Assembly: GCA_050012475.1 (NCBI GenBank)
Contig: JBEKHC010000053.1
Span: 1-46,163, forward strand
Direction: 5' to 3'
Source of the DNA: Candidatus Velthaea sp.
GTDB lineage: Bacteria > Vulcanimicrobiota > Vulcanimicrobiia > Vulcanimicrobiales > Vulcanimicrobiaceae
DNA: 46,163 bases
Program-made: the position numbers and the translations under genes
The notes under the pieces: model-generated
What the model saw: only the letters and a program-made list of their open reading frames with translations
What the model was told of the DNA's origin: nothing
The model's database searches: none
Part shown: positions 45,016 to 46,163 of the stretch, piece by piece
Position numbering within the stretch: position 1 is the first letter of the stretch
Layout of the letters: every line of letters begins with the position of its first letter

Positions 45016-45870
45016 CTACGCGGTGTCCCGCTTGATCGGAACACCCCACTGCAATTTTTCTTCCAAGCGTGCAAAAAATCCGTCGGGACGCGTGCGCGCA
45101 AATTTCACCGGACGCGGTGCGCGGCGCACGGCTACCGTATCACCCGGACCGAGATCGGCGGCAAGGGTGCCGTCGATGTCGAGGTTGGCATGCACCGACT
45201 CGGTGTCGATCGCGATGCCGATCGTCGAGGTCGTGGGGACGATCAGCGGCCGGGCGAAAAGCGTGTGCGGCAGCAGTGCGGTGATCCCGAACGCATCCAC
45301 GCCCGGTGAGATGATCGGACCGCCGGCCGACAGGAAGTATGCCGTCGACCCGGTCGCCGTTGCGATGATGATCCCGTCGGAGGGGATGTGCGCGACCGGT
45401 TCGTCGTCGAGCCAGAGCGCGAAGGGCGACATGCGCGTATTCGACGCCCGCCGGACGACGACGTCGTTGAGCGCGAAATGCGCGCCCTGACCGTTGACCG
45501 TCGCTTCGAGTGCGACCCGTTCCTCGATCCGGAACTTTCCCTCCAGCAGGCCGACGATCTCCGCGCGGACATCGTCGTGTTCGTCGATTTCGGTCAGGAA
45601 CCCCAAGCGGCCGGTGTTGACGCCGAACACGGGGATGTCGAGCGGCACCGCGATGCGCATGCCTTTGAGCAGCGTCCCGTCGCCGCCGAACGTGACGACT
45701 AAATCGGCGTCGGCGATCGATACGCGCGGCATACCCGTGGCGATGAGGTCGTGCTGGTCTTCCGCCAGCGCGACCCGCCAGCCGCGTTCGATCGCCAGGG
45801 CCGCTGCATCTTGAGCGAATTCGAGCGCGCGCGGACGATGGGTGTTCGCATAGAGCGCAACCGTGCGCAT
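45016..45870 (-). CDS. nadK: NAD kinase
   Basis: GGDGTLL, GRLGFL, ALND, DGIIIATATGSTAY.LSAGGP. Confidence 0.97.
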   Translation of the reverse strand: MRTVALYANTHRPRALEFAQDAAALAIERGWRVALAEDQHDLIATGMPRVSIADADLVVTFGGDGTLLKGMRIAVPLDIPVFGVNTGRLGFLTEIDEHDDVRAEIVGLLEGKFRIEERVALEATVNGQGAHFALNDVVVRRASNTRMSPFALWLDDEPVAHIPSDGIIIATATGSTAYFLSAGGPIISPGVDAFGITALLPHTLFARPLIVPTTSTIGIAIDTESVHANLDIDGTLAADLGPGDTVAVRRAPRPVKFARTRPDGFFARLEEKLQWGVPIKRDTA

Positions 45871-46163
45871 CAAACCTCCCGGTGTGCTTCGGACACGAGC
45901 GCGTCGATGCGCGCATCGTCGATCGCCGTACCCGCAGCAACGATGTGATAAAAGAACTCGACGTTTCCCGCCGGTCCGCGCAGCGGCGACACCATCGCAT
46001 CGACCGCCGCCAATCCCAACCCCGCCAGCGCGTCGCGCACTTCGCGCAGAATCGCCCCGTGCACGCCGGGATCGCGCACGACGCCGCCGCCGCCGATGCG
46101 CTCGCGCCCGGCCTCGAACTGCGGCTTGACCAGCGCGACGATCGAACCGCCGGCCCGCAGATA
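45870..46163 (-). CDS. tlyA: TlyA family rRNA methyltransferase/hemolysin, 3' part (truncated by the window edge)
   Basis: ALVKPQFEAGRE...GVVRD...SPLRGPAGNVEF; canonical tlyA-nadK-recN order. Confidence 0.93.
   Translation of the reverse strand, partial: YLRAGGSIVALVKPQFEAGRERIGGGGVVRDPGVHGAILREVRDALAGLGLAAVDAMVSPLRGPAGNVEFFYHIVAAGTAIDDARIDALVSEAHREV

Noticed and set aside
43640..45490. Long antisense ORFs (616 aa here; also 10366-11955, 38277-39641, 5819-7027)
   Set aside because: These are shadow frames of well-supported genes on the opposite strand, expected in high-GC DNA.
1..46163. tRNA/rRNA genes, transposases, integrases, defence systems
   Set aside because: None recognised by eye or in the ORF track; a covariance-model search was not possible.

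Overview
GC-rich bacterial DNA. The lineage is probably Eremiobacterota/Vulcanimicrobiota, inferred only from the style of the lipoproteins. About 40 kb (2.2-40.4 kb) is a Wzx/Wzy-type exopolysaccharide locus: a priming phosphoglycosyltransferase, two flippases, a Wzy/O-antigen-ligase protein, Wza, Wzc, two GT2, three GT4, two GT-C enzymes and a NarL/LuxR regulator. It is followed by housekeeping genes (pyk, and the tlyA-nadK-recN-GT4 operon). The most striking feature lies in the middle of the EPS locus: a C7-cyclitol (carbasugar) module. A cupin, a 2-epi-5-epi-valiolone-synthase-type cyclase, a ValC/AcbM-like ROK kinase and a variant GH4 face a convergent operon of methyltransferase, nucleotidyltransferase, GT4 and two NDP-sugar epimerases/reductases. 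This suggests an NDP-activated pseudosugar that is built into the surface polysaccharide. Three paralogous secreted proteins flank the module; they share an unassigned, catalytic-looking domain and carry 0, 1 or 2 malectin modules. Other oddities are a TonB/TolA-like protein with a mucin-like spacer, a pseudo-receiver regulator, an internally deleted GT4, a ~147-bp higher-order tandem repeat array and a GTAG-type REP cluster. All functional calls come from motifs recognised by eye; no searches were run.
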